Position numbers and translations under genes: made by a program
The notes under the pieces: generated by a model
Told to the model about the DNA's origin: nothing
Seen by the model: the letters and a program-made list of their open reading frames with translations, nothing else
Database searches by the model: none
In this document: in pieces, positions 10,195-19,085 of the stretch
Position numbering within the stretch: position 1 is the stretch's first letter
Layout of the letters: every line of letters starts with the position of its first letter
Source of the DNA: Candidatus Latescibacterota bacterium
GTDB lineage: Bacteria > Latescibacterota > UBA2968 > GCA-2709665
Assembly: GCA_965219455.1 (NCBI GenBank)
Contig: OZ244744.1
Location: forward strand, 1,632,001 to 1,696,000
Direction: 5' to 3'
DNA: 64,000 nucleotides

Positions 10195-12078
10195 TCCTTA
10201 AACAAGCGTGACTGGTGAGATTTTTCTGGTCCAAGAGACCGGAAAGGCCTACCGTTGTTGGAGATAGATGGATTGCGCTAGAAATCATCACTCCAACGCA
10301 GGAGACCTTTCCGGTGAAAAGAATATCGGTTGATGACAGCCGCAGGAACAGTGCTCGTCGCAAACGCAAAGTGTCCGCCCGCCACGGTCGAGCGGGGCAT
10401 TGGCAGGCGCAGCCCCGACCCATGTTCAGCCCTGGCAAAGTGCACTACGAGGTGGGCGCCTACACCGACGCGATGAGTTACGGAGGCATCGGCGCCGTGC
10501 ATCGCCTGGTCACCAAGCTGGGACTGCCCAAGCGCATCGACGCGTCACTGTCCCTGTTGAAAGTGCATCTGCCCTATCATGAGTCGGACCACGTGCTCAA
10601 CATCGCTTACAACGTGTTGTGCGGCGGCACGCGCCTGGAGGATATCGAGCGTTTGCGACATGACGGGGCCTACATGAATGCCCTGGGTGCTCAGTTGATT
10701 CCCGATCCGACCACGGCGGGTGACTTTTGCCGGCGCTTCTCGGAACGGGACATCGTCGAACTGATGGCGTGCATCAACGCGGTGCGATCCTCCTTGTGGG
10801 CATCGCGTGGCCGCAAATTGCTTTGTGACATCACCTATATCGACGTGGACGGCACAAACGTGCCCACGTACGGCAAGCGCAAGAGGGGTATGGACATCTC
10901 TTACCAGGGCATCTGGGGCTACCATCCGCTGGTGATCTCACTGGCCAACACGAAGGAAGTGCTCTTCCTGGTCAACCGACCGGGGAATGTGCCCAGCCAC
11001 ACCGGTGCGGCACCCTGGATCGACGACGCCTTGGCGCTGGTGCAGCCCCACGCCAAGCGCATCTGTGTGCGTGGCGACACCGACTTTTCCTTGACCCGAC
11101 ATTTTGATCGCTGGGCCAAAAGCGTCGACTTCATCTTCGGGATGGATGCCAACGCGGCGATGCGTTCCCGTGCTGAAGCCCTCGACGAGGCACAATGGCA
11201 GACCCAGCAACGCAAACCCCGTTATCACACCGTGACCGACCAGAAGCGGAAGCGCAACCAGCCCCACGAGAAACAGCGCATCGTCCACAAGCGGGCCTAC
11301 GCCAACCTGGTCCTCAACCACGAACACGTGGCCGAGTTCAACTACCAACCCACGCGCTGTAAACGTGTGTATCGCGTCGTGGTCCTGCGCAAGAACATCA
11401 GCAAAATGAAGGGCGACCTTGTCCTGTTCGACGAATGCCGTTATTACTTCTATATCACCACGCGCACGGACGTGACCCCCCAAGAAATCGTCGCCTGCGC
11501 CAACCAACGCTGCGATCAGGAGAACGTCATCGAGCAACTCAAAAACGGCGTCAACGCCTTGCGCGTGCCCCTGTATGATCTGGTCAGCAACTGGGCCTAC
11601 ATGGTCATCGCCGCGCTGGCCTGGAACCTCAAATCCTGGTTTGCCATGATGATGCACCGACACCTGGACCGACAGCAGTACGTCCGCATGGAATTCCGGC
11701 GCTTCATCCACAGCATTATCTTGATTCCCTGCCACGTCATCCAACGCGCGCGCACCACCACGTTACGGCTCATCGGCTATCAACCCACCCTCGATCGCCT
11801 CTTCAGCACCTGGCGTATCATTGAACGCACCGGATTTGGATAACACCAATGCAGCACCACCGATGACACACAAACGCGGCGCCATCCCCACACCCCTCAA
11901 CGGACCGGTGTGTACACCACGCGTCTCAACGCCACTTCGGATACTCAATTCACGATAGCGACCACGACAAACACGGCCCTAAAAACCATCCAAAACGCCA
12001 ATTCCATATAAATCGACACCAACGCCTCAACACAAACACAAATCACTGTGGCGCACACGATACTCGCTTATTTTAGGT
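10195..12078 (+). mobile_element. IS1380-family element, type A copy 1 (1884 bp)
   Basis: Ends TCCTTAAACAAGCG / CGCTTATTTTAGGT; CTAG on both sides (10191-10194, 12079-12082); same length as the 25377-27260 copy. Confidence 0.9.
10215..11843 (+). CDS. IS1380-family DDE transposase
   Basis: IDVDGT, GYHPL, RGDTDF, RCDQENVIEQLK motifs; true start may be GTG 10314. Confidence 0.9.
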   Translation: MRFFWSKRPERPTVVGDRWIALEIITPTQETFPVKRISVDDSRRNSARRKRKVSARHGRAGHWQAQPRPMFSPGKVHYEVGAYTDAMSYGGIGAVHRLVTKLGLPKRIDASLSLLKVHLPYHESDHVLNIAYNVLCGGTRLEDIERLRHDGAYMNALGAQLIPDPTTAGDFCRRFSERDIVELMACINAVRSSLWASRGRKLLCDITYIDVDGTNVPTYGKRKRGMDISYQGIWGYHPLVISLANTKEVLFLVNRPGNVPSHTGAAPWIDDALALVQPHAKRICVRGDTDFSLTRHFDRWAKSVDFIFGMDANAAMRSRAEALDEAQWQTQQRKPRYHTVTDQKRKRNQPHEKQRIVHKRAYANLVLNHEHVAEFNYQPTRCKRVYRVVVLRKNISKMKGDLVLFDECRYYFYITTRTDVTPQEIVACANQRCDQENVIEQLKNGVNALRVPLYDLVSNWAYMVIAALAWNLKSWFAMMMHRHLDRQQYVRMEFRRFIHSIILIPCHVIQRARTTTLRLIGYQPTLDRLFSTWRIIERTGFG

Positions 12079-12861
12079 CTAGTTGTCGGTTGTTTTTTCC
12101 GTGGATGTATCGATCTGTGTCCGAACCACAAAGGGTGTATCGTATCCGTATGACTTAAGCCTTTCCATGAGCCCTTCAGCGGCCTCCCGCGTTCGGAAGT
12201 TTCCGACCCGGACCTTGAAGTACGGCGGCTCGGATTCTATGTAAACGTCGTCCTGTCCGAGGGTGTCCCGGACGTTGGCCATCTCGCTTTCGGCCGCCGC
12301 CCGGTTCGATGCCGCAAAAATCTGAACGCGGAAACCGACCATTGGATCCGGACCGTGAACCGCTGTGCGAGAGATTTCTATCTTGGCACGTACAATAAAG
12401 GCTTCCGTGTACCCCGCGCTCTTGGCCTCGTGACGCAGGGATTCGACCTCGGTCGCGGTCCGGCCGTTTCCCACCTGGATTTTATGCAGACCTGTGTCCG
12501 GGTCGCGGTAGATATGTACCGGAACGCCTAATTTCGTTTCAGCTTCATTCTTGAGGCTCTCTGCCCGTTCAAGACCCGATACCACCGCGATCTGGACGCG
12601 AAATCCGTCGATTTGAAAGACGGGAGGCACTGCCGCGGCAGTTTGATCGACCGGGGCTGTTGCTGCCCCGGCAGGCGGTTTCAGAACGAAGTCATCGTCG
12701 TTGAGGCTTTGCGGATCGAAATCCTCCTCGGCAGCCGTTACCGGGGGAGCGATTCTCCGGCTGGGAGTCGCGCACGCCACCAGTGAAACCAGCAACCCTC
12801 CCCAGAAGAGATATCCGAATTTTTGTGAGATCATAAGAAACACGGCCAGCCGTCCCAACAT
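12079..12861 (-). CDS. SPOR-domain lipoprotein (two SPOR domains)
   Basis: Lipobox LVAC; two GFRVQI...KxxVGN..T..eA repeats; its TAG stop is the CTAG IS target. Confidence 0.85.
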   Translation of the reverse strand: MLGRLAVFLMISQKFGYLFWGGLLVSLVACATPSRRIAPPVTAAEEDFDPQSLNDDDFVLKPPAGAATAPVDQTAAAVPPVFQIDGFRVQIAVVSGLERAESLKNEAETKLGVPVHIYRDPDTGLHKIQVGNGRTATEVESLRHEAKSAGYTEAFIVRAKIEISRTAVHGPDPMVGFRVQIFAASNRAAAESEMANVRDTLGQDDVYIESEPPYFKVRVGNFRTREAAEGLMERLKSYGYDTPFVVRTQIDTSTEKTTDN

Positions 12862-12891
12862 CTTGTTATCATGGGTAAGAAGCTATACCAT

Positions 12892-12920
12892 ATATTACGC
12901 CACGATATCGTGTTTGTCAA
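12892..12920 (-). promoter_or_regulatory. Putative sigma70 promoter of the SPOR gene
   Basis: TTGACA-17 nt-TAATAT on the minus strand. Confidence 0.55.
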
Positions 12921-13121
12921 TAGGCTATTTGAGGTTATTGACGGGAAATCAGACGTCTGGCGCTGATTTCCCGGCTCTCGAAACGGATGGCGGTTTGCGC
13001 CGGTCTTCAGCCCCCGCGAGTGCCATCATGCCATTGGTTAACCCCGTTAGGAATATGGCCGGATATCCCGGCGGCAAGAGTCGCGAAAAACGCGGAAAAG
13101 TCGGGTATAGTGCCGGGTTCA

Positions 13122-14160
13122 TCAGCCCGGAAACGCCAGGATCAGGACCCACATGGATTGTTTGCCGACGGTGTAGGTCTTCAGGGGACGCAACCGGCCG
13201 GTCTGCGCGTCAATCCGGTATGATGCCAGCATGCCGGACTCCTGGCCGCCGGCATAGAGAAAACTGCCAGTGGGGTCGATCCCGAAGGCCCTGGGTACGG
13301 GTTCCGTGGGTTGAATGCCGATACCCGTGAGGCGGCCGGTCCGGTCAACCGAAAAACCCGCGATGCTGTCGTGGCCACGGTTGGAAACGTAGAGGAATCT
13401 GCCCGAGGGGTGGATGTGGATCTGCGCGCAGGTGTTTTCGCCGTTGAAACCCTCAGGCAGGGTGGAATGGGTCTGCACGGGTTCGAGAACGCCGGAACTG
13501 GTGTCGCACGTATACGCGGTTACGCTGCTGCCCTGTTCGTTTGAGACGTAGACCATTTCCAGGTTTGGGTGAAAAACGAGGTGGCGGGGACCGACATCCG
13601 GTTCGTGGGAAGTCCGCGACACCTCCCGGAGGGTGCCCGCGGTTTCGTGGAAACGGAATCCGATAATGGTGTTGGATTCTCCGACGTGGGGTAAATATGC
13701 CACGCGATTCGACGGGTCCGTGAGAATAAAGTGGGCCTTTGGCAGCGTCTTGATTGTCTGGACGGGTGAATCGCTCAACGTCCCGTCTTTCCGGATAGCG
13801 TGGACGGCCGCCACTCCCCCACCGTAGGAGGCCGAAAGCAAAAACCGCCCGCTTCGGTCCGTGCTTAGATAACAGGCGTCGGCTTCCACGGAAACCGCAC
13901 CCAGCAAGGACAGCCCGCCGCTGCCGGGGTCGATGGAATAGGCCGAGATTTCACGGGCGCCACGCCTGCTCAGATAGAGATATTCTTGTTGGGGGTCGAC
14001 GGCAAGCGGGCCCGGACCGCCCTCGGCGCGGATGCTGTGCTCGAAAACGAGATCGCCCGTGTCCGGATCCATCCGGTATTTCAGGATCCTGTCATCGCTG
14101 GAAACGGTTATGTACGCGTGGTAGTTCACGGTCCAACCTTTCAACGAGAGACTCGCCATG
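13122..14160 (-). CDS. 6-phosphogluconolactonase / lactonase-family 7-bladed beta-propeller
   Basis: GPRHLVFHP, IHIHPSGRFLYVSNRGHDSI, PRAFGIDPTG; start uncertain (ATG 14160 or a GTG slightly downstream). Confidence 0.88.
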
Positions 14161-14452
14161 GCTTGCGTTTCTTCCACCGCCAACCCGGGGCGATGGGTAT
14201 GTTCGCATCTGCCGGTTGTTCCTCCCGGGCGTCTCCTCCATTTGATTCTCAGCAATTATAATACGCCTCTCACAGGCGCGCAAGTGTTTTCCGGCGTGGC
14301 ATTTAGAGCGAATCCCGATGGCCCGCCGCCGTGTCCGGGCGCCGTACGTCGCGGGTGTCGACGTACGTCTGCAGATCCTGCGGGACGGCTCGCGAAGAAT
14401 CGAAACGGCGTATACGGACATAAAGGCCTTCAATGTTCCCGGATAAATTTAC

Positions 14453-14481
14453 CTTGACTGCGCTTCCCCGCCGTGTTATAT
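14453..14481 (+). promoter_or_regulatory. Putative sigma70 promoter upstream of a structured leader
   Basis: TTGACT-17 nt-TATATT. A divergent TTGCGC-17-TATAAT lies on the minus strand near 14255-14283. Confidence 0.5.
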
Positions 14482-14659
14482 TCCGCCGTGTTGCCAAACC
14501 GACATAAACAAATGCCCGAATCATGTGAGATTTTAACTATAAGTCCTTGAAAATAATTAACATAAAAACTTATATCCGTGCCTCCCGCGAAAGACCGAAG
14601 TGCCCTGGAGGTTAAACATACGGCGGCCTTTCGAAGGCCAGGCCCGGTTGTCGGCTATC

Positions 14660-14696
14660 GCCCGTTGTCGAGGTTATCTCGATGACGGGCTTTTTG
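14660..14696 (+). terminator. Intrinsic terminator in the leader of an ABC ATPase gene
   Basis: GCCCGTTGTCGAG-GTTAT-CTCGATGACGGGC-TTTTTG. Confidence 0.75.
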
Positions 14697-14744
14697 TTTG
14701 TCTGCGTCGCCTACCCTGGCAATCGCCCACCGAGGAGATCAAGA

Positions 14745-15222
14745 ATGCCCCACATCTTCGTTGAGAATCTGGTGAAGACCTTCCGCATCGCGGAACGGAA
14801 GCCCGGCATGTGGGGCGCCCTGCAGGGCGTCGTCCACCGCCGCTACCGCACCGTAAGCGCACTGGACGGAATCTCCCTCCATCCAGCCGGGCGAACTCGT
14901 CGGCTACATCGGCCCCAACGGCGCGGGCAAGTCCACCACCGTCAAGGTCCTTTCCGGCATCCTCGTACCCGATTCGGGCCGCTGTGAAATTCTGGGCCGC
15001 GTCCCCTGGAAGGAGCGCATCGCCCACGTCAGGGACATCGGCGTCGTCTTCGGACAGCGCACCCAGCTTTGGTGGGATCTGCCCGTCATCGAATCCTTCG
15101 ACTTACTCCGCGACATCTACCGCGTCCCCCGGCGGGACTATAAACCCACCCGCGACGAACTCATCGCCCTACTCGACCTGGACCCGCAGTTTGAGTTGAA
15201 ATCCCCCCCCGTTTTCGCTAAT
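14745..15222 (+). pseudogene. ABC transporter ATP-binding protein (ABC-2 type), frameshifted and 3'-truncated
   Basis: MPHIFVENLVKTF...SALDGISL, frameshift near 14880, then [26 protein letters not shown]...[13 protein letters not shown]; ends before the signature and Walker B motifs. Confidence 0.85.
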
Positions 15223-15292
15223 TTTCATATTGTAAGATCAGCGATCGGCAAAGAGCCAATCGATTGACGTCAGCGCCTGGTACTGCGTCTAT

Positions 15293-15317
15293 GTAGGGGC
15301 AACCCTTGTGGTTGCCC
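15293..15317 (+). repeat. GTAG-type REP palindrome
   Basis: GTAGGGGCAACCCTTGTGGTTGCCC; identical at 20691-20715 and 20892-20916. Confidence 0.75.
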
Positions 15318-15446
15318 ACGTTGCATAACTTCAACCTGGTGTACGATCGTAACGAGAACTGTCAGTTCGCGCGCCCAAAGCGCAACCCAACGTTCACCTT
15401 ATCTTAAATTGCCCCCTTCCTCCGGCAGGTTACAGGTAAGTCCGAT

Positions 15447-17570
15447 ATGATGCATCTCTCCTTATATGATACTGTCTGGCTGGTCGGGGCGGCGGTTGCC
15501 GCCGGGCTGCTCTGGGGCATATTTGTCTCCGCGATCAAGCGCAAGGGGACGCCGGTTCCGTTGCTGTTGTTGATCTCGGCGGGGGCTTTGTGGTATACGG
15601 GCGACGCGCTGCGGCTTCTTATTGAACAGGCGACGCCAGGGGCACCCGCGGCAGGCTATGCCGCCCATGTCGCGCGTTTCGGGTTGTGCTTTTTGCCGTC
15701 GGCGCTGCTGGCAACGGTGCTGGTTTCCGCGAATGAACTTAAGACGCGGGTTCCGGCCGGGTTGCGCCGGAACCTCGTCCCACTCGCTCTTGTCCCCGGG
15801 TTGATCGTATTCCTTATCGGTATGTGGGAGACCCCGCTGAAACGCGTGGGGTTCAGCCTGTACACCATTGTGGCGCTGTTGTATTCGGCCTGGCTGTGCC
15901 GGGGGTTTGCAAGGCAATGGGTCACCGAGGTACAGAGGTCGTTCTACCGGCTGACGGCCCTGGCTCTCGTCGCCATCTCCGCCCTGGCCGGTTTCGCCTA
16001 TCCGATCGGGGGAATCAGACTAAGCATCGTTGGACCGGGGCTGGACCTGGCGCTATTCCTTTCCCCGATCCTGCCGGCGTATATTCTGGGCTATTACATC
16101 TATCGGTACAGCTTTTTCCGGATCGTGGTGAATCCGGCTTTGCTCTATTCCGCGCTTACGGGCATCGTCCTGACCGTTTACCTGCTTGTGATCCGTCGCG
16201 TTGCCGAGGAGTTTGGACGCCTGAGCGGCGGGTTCCGGGTGGAAGTCGTTGAGGCGGTACTGATTTCCCTGTTGATCTTCCTCTTTCAGCCGGTCAAGAA
16301 TCGGTTGCAGGGGGCAATCAACCGCCTGTTCTTTAAAACGCGCTACGACTATCAGCACCTGCTGGGCACGCTGAGCCAGACGTTGAACGTGCCGGACGCG
16401 CTCGAGAGTCGGCTGAAGGTGGTGGTGGACGCCGTGGGAACGGTGCTCAAGGTGCACCTTGTCTCGCTGGTATTGTTCGAGTACGAGGAGGGCCGCGTCG
16501 GTGACGTGCGGGTGATATCGGGAAGAGGTCTGACCGGGTTCGATCCTCCCGCGGCGCCCTTCAATCGAAGGGACCGGAATCAGACACAGATTCAACAGGT
16601 AGCGGATTGGATGTTGTCCCACCGACGAGCGCTGGACGTGGGCGAACTGCATCGTCCGGCCCTCGCCGCGGTCCTTACCGAGCAGGGGGTCCGGCTGTGC
16701 ATACCGGTGTTGCAGGAGGAGAAAATCGCCGGGTTTCTGTGCCTTGGAGAGAAAAAACGGGGTGTGCCTTTTTCCTCGGAGGAGTGGGATCTGCTCGGCA
16801 CGCTCTGCAATCAGATCGCGCTGGCCGTCGAAAATACGCGCCTGGTGGAACGCCGGTTGCAACTGGAACGGCGCATGTACGAGGCAGAGCGGCTGTCGGC
16901 GCTGGGGCTGCTTTCGGCAAGCATCGCGCACGAAGTGAAAAATCCCTTAAGTTCGATCAAGGCGATAACCACCGTGCTGCGGGAAGACCTGGAGAACGAC
17001 CCCGCCAAGTCCGGTGATCTCACAGTTGTGTTGAACGAAATTGACCGTTTGGGCCGCGTGGTGGACCGGCTCCTCAGGTTTGCGCAGCCGAAACAGGGCG
17101 ATACGTTTCAGCCGGTCGACATTAAAGCCGTTCTAGAAGACGTCGTGTTGATCCTGTCGCACGAAGCGGAACGGCGGAACGTGGATATCAGGGCCGAGGT
17201 TTCGGAGGGCCTTGTCGTTGCGGGTGATCCTGAAGATCTGAAAGAGGTGTTTTTCAATCTGATCCTGAACGGCATCCAGGCAATGGACGAAGCGGAGCGA
17301 ACGACGGAGCGGCGGTTGACGGTGAGGGCGGATCGTTCGGACGGGCGGGTGTCGGTGTGGGTGTCGGATACCGGGCCGGGGATATCCGAGGAGGCCCTTT
17401 CCCACGTTTTCGAACCGTTCTTTACCACAAAGGCTTCGGGGACAGGCCTGGGGCTCGCTATTGTAAAGCGCGACGTGGAGCGCATGGGTGGAGCGATTGC
17501 GGTGGCGAACGAGAACCCGGAGGGAGCCGTGTTCGAGGTTCAACTTCCTGGAGCGAATGATGCGGCATAA
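15447..17570 (+). CDS. Multi-TM + GAF sensor histidine kinase (PrsK-like architecture)
   Basis: About 8-9 N-terminal TM segments, GAF (CIPVLQEEKIAGFLCLGEK), H-box AHEVKNPL, N-box, DTGPG, FFTTK..GTGLGL. Confidence 0.9.
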   Translation: MMHLSLYDTVWLVGAAVAAGLLWGIFVSAIKRKGTPVPLLLLISAGALWYTGDALRLLIEQATPGAPAAGYAAHVARFGLCFLPSALLATVLVSANELKTRVPAGLRRNLVPLALVPGLIVFLIGMWETPLKRVGFSLYTIVALLYSAWLCRGFARQWVTEVQRSFYRLTALALVAISALAGFAYPIGGIRLSIVGPGLDLALFLSPILPAYILGYYIYRYSFFRIVVNPALLYSALTGIVLTVYLLVIRRVAEEFGRLSGGFRVEVVEAVLISLLIFLFQPVKNRLQGAINRLFFKTRYDYQHLLGTLSQTLNVPDALESRLKVVVDAVGTVLKVHLVSLVLFEYEEGRVGDVRVISGRGLTGFDPPAAPFNRRDRNQTQIQQVADWMLSHRRALDVGELHRPALAAVLTEQGVRLCIPVLQEEKIAGFLCLGEKKRGVPFSSEEWDLLGTLCNQIALAVENTRLVERRLQLERRMYEAERLSALGLLSASIAHEVKNPLSSIKAITTVLREDLENDPAKSGDLTVVLNEIDRLGRVVDRLLRFAQPKQGDTFQPVDIKAVLEDVVLILSHEAERRNVDIRAEVSEGLVVAGDPEDLKEVFFNLILNGIQAMDEAERTTERRLTVRADRSDGRVSVWVSDTGPGISEEALSHVFEPFFTTKASGTGLGLAIVKRDVERMGGAIAVANENPEGAVFEVQLPGANDAA

Positions 17571-18957
17571 GATTCTGGTTGTAGACGATGATCCGGCCGC
17601 ACGGCACGGGCTGAAGCGTGCACTGGCGGCGCTGTCCTGCGAGGTTGTGGAAGCCGGAGATGGAATGGCGGCACTCGAGCAAATCGCGCGCAGCGGTCCC
17701 GATCTGTTGATCTGCGATATCCAGATGCCGAAGATGGATGGCTTGACGCTGGTCAAACGGCTGGGCGAGCACGGAAGCGCGCCTCCGGTGATCATGATGA
17801 CCGCGTTCGGATCGGAGCGGATCGCCGTGGAGGCAATGAAGGCCGGGGCGTACGACTACGTGAGCAAGCCTTACGACGTAGACGAACTGCGCTGCCTGGT
17901 CCAGAATGCGCTGGAGACGGTGCGGCTGCGGAGGGAGAACGAATCGTTGCGGAACGAGATTCGCCGGCAATCCGGGTTTGGGATGCTCATTGGCCGGAGC
18001 CGGTCCATGGAGGGGGTCTACGACCTGATCGGCAAGGTGGCTGGAACGGATGCCGCCGTGCTGGTTCACGGTGAGAGCGGGACCGGCAAGGAACTCGTGG
18101 CGCGGGCGATTCACGATCAGAGCGGGCGGAAGGAACGCCCGTTTGTTGCTGTAAATGCCGCGGCGCTCCCCACCGAGTTGATCGAAAGCGAACTGTTCGG
18201 CCACGAGAAGGGCGCTTTTACAGGAGCCGCGTCCAGGCGGCTGGGGAAATTCGAGCTTGCGGACGGTGGAACACTCTTTCTGGACGAGATCGGGGACATG
18301 CACGTCGAGACCCAGGCAAAGCTGCTGCGGGTGCTCCAGGAGCAACGATTCGAGCGGTTGGGCGGCACGGATACGGTGGCGGTGGACGTTCGGATGATCA
18401 GCGCCACCAATCGAGACCTTTCCGATGAGATTGCGCGAGGGCGGTTCCGGGAGGACCTCTATTATCGACTGAAAGTCGTGGATATCTTCCTGCCGGCGCT
18501 GCGCGAAAGGGGTGAGGATATTCCCTTGCTTGTGCAGTATTTCCTGGAACGATTCAATCGTCGACATGGAAAGGACCTGACGGAACTGCCGGCCGATGCG
18601 ATGAAGCTGCTGGTGGCCTATGCCTGGCCGGGCAATATTCGCGAACTGATGCACGCGGTCGAGCGTGCGGTGATTTTTGCGGAGGGTACCGTCCTGAGCA
18701 GAGATCTGCTTCCGGAGGAAATCCGGACGGGAGGTGCGGAATCCTCCGGTGCGGATGCGCCCGCGTGGCGGGATGGCGTTCTCTTTCAGGACGCCAAACA
18801 GGAACTTGTGCAGGACTTCGAAGCCGCGTTTATTCGATCGGCGCTGGAACACCACAAGGGCAATATGAGCCGCGCTGCGCCGGCCATCGGCATGAAGCGC
18901 CAGGCGCTCCAGCAGAAAGTCAGGGAACTCGGGATCGATCCCGGGATCTACAGATAG
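17557..18957 (+). CDS. Sigma54-dependent response regulator (NtrC/AtoC family; REC-AAA+-HTH)
   Basis: [43 protein letters not shown], Fis-type HTH; overlaps the kinase stop. Confidence 0.95.
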   Translation: MMRHKILVVDDDPAARHGLKRALAALSCEVVEAGDGMAALEQIARSGPDLLICDIQMPKMDGLTLVKRLGEHGSAPPVIMMTAFGSERIAVEAMKAGAYDYVSKPYDVDELRCLVQNALETVRLRRENESLRNEIRRQSGFGMLIGRSRSMEGVYDLIGKVAGTDAAVLVHGESGTGKELVARAIHDQSGRKERPFVAVNAAALPTELIESELFGHEKGAFTGAASRRLGKFELADGGTLFLDEIGDMHVETQAKLLRVLQEQRFERLGGTDTVAVDVRMISATNRDLSDEIARGRFREDLYYRLKVVDIFLPALRERGEDIPLLVQYFLERFNRRHGKDLTELPADAMKLLVAYAWPGNIRELMHAVERAVIFAEGTVLSRDLLPEEIRTGGAESSGADAPAWRDGVLFQDAKQELVQDFEAAFIRSALEHHKGNMSRAAPAIGMKRQALQQKVRELGIDPGIYR

Positions 18958-19085
18958 CCAACAGCAAAAACAGCTATCAGCAGTCAGCCTTCAGCAGTCA
19001 GCAACGATCAAGAACCAAGACCAGATTCAAAACCCACATCTCCTCAGATTCCCTGCCTCCGGCGAGAACAGCGGTCAGCTATTAG

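Noticed and set aside
14488-14660. 6S RNA or c-di-GMP-I riboswitch
   Set aside because: It lacks the long rod with a central bubble and the GEMM core motifs; kept only as an unknown structured leader.
17458-18855. Long antisense ORFs (also 41774-43048, 6583-7515, 47021-48169 and those inside IS elements)
   Set aside because: Shadow frames of clear genes in GC-rich DNA, with no motifs.
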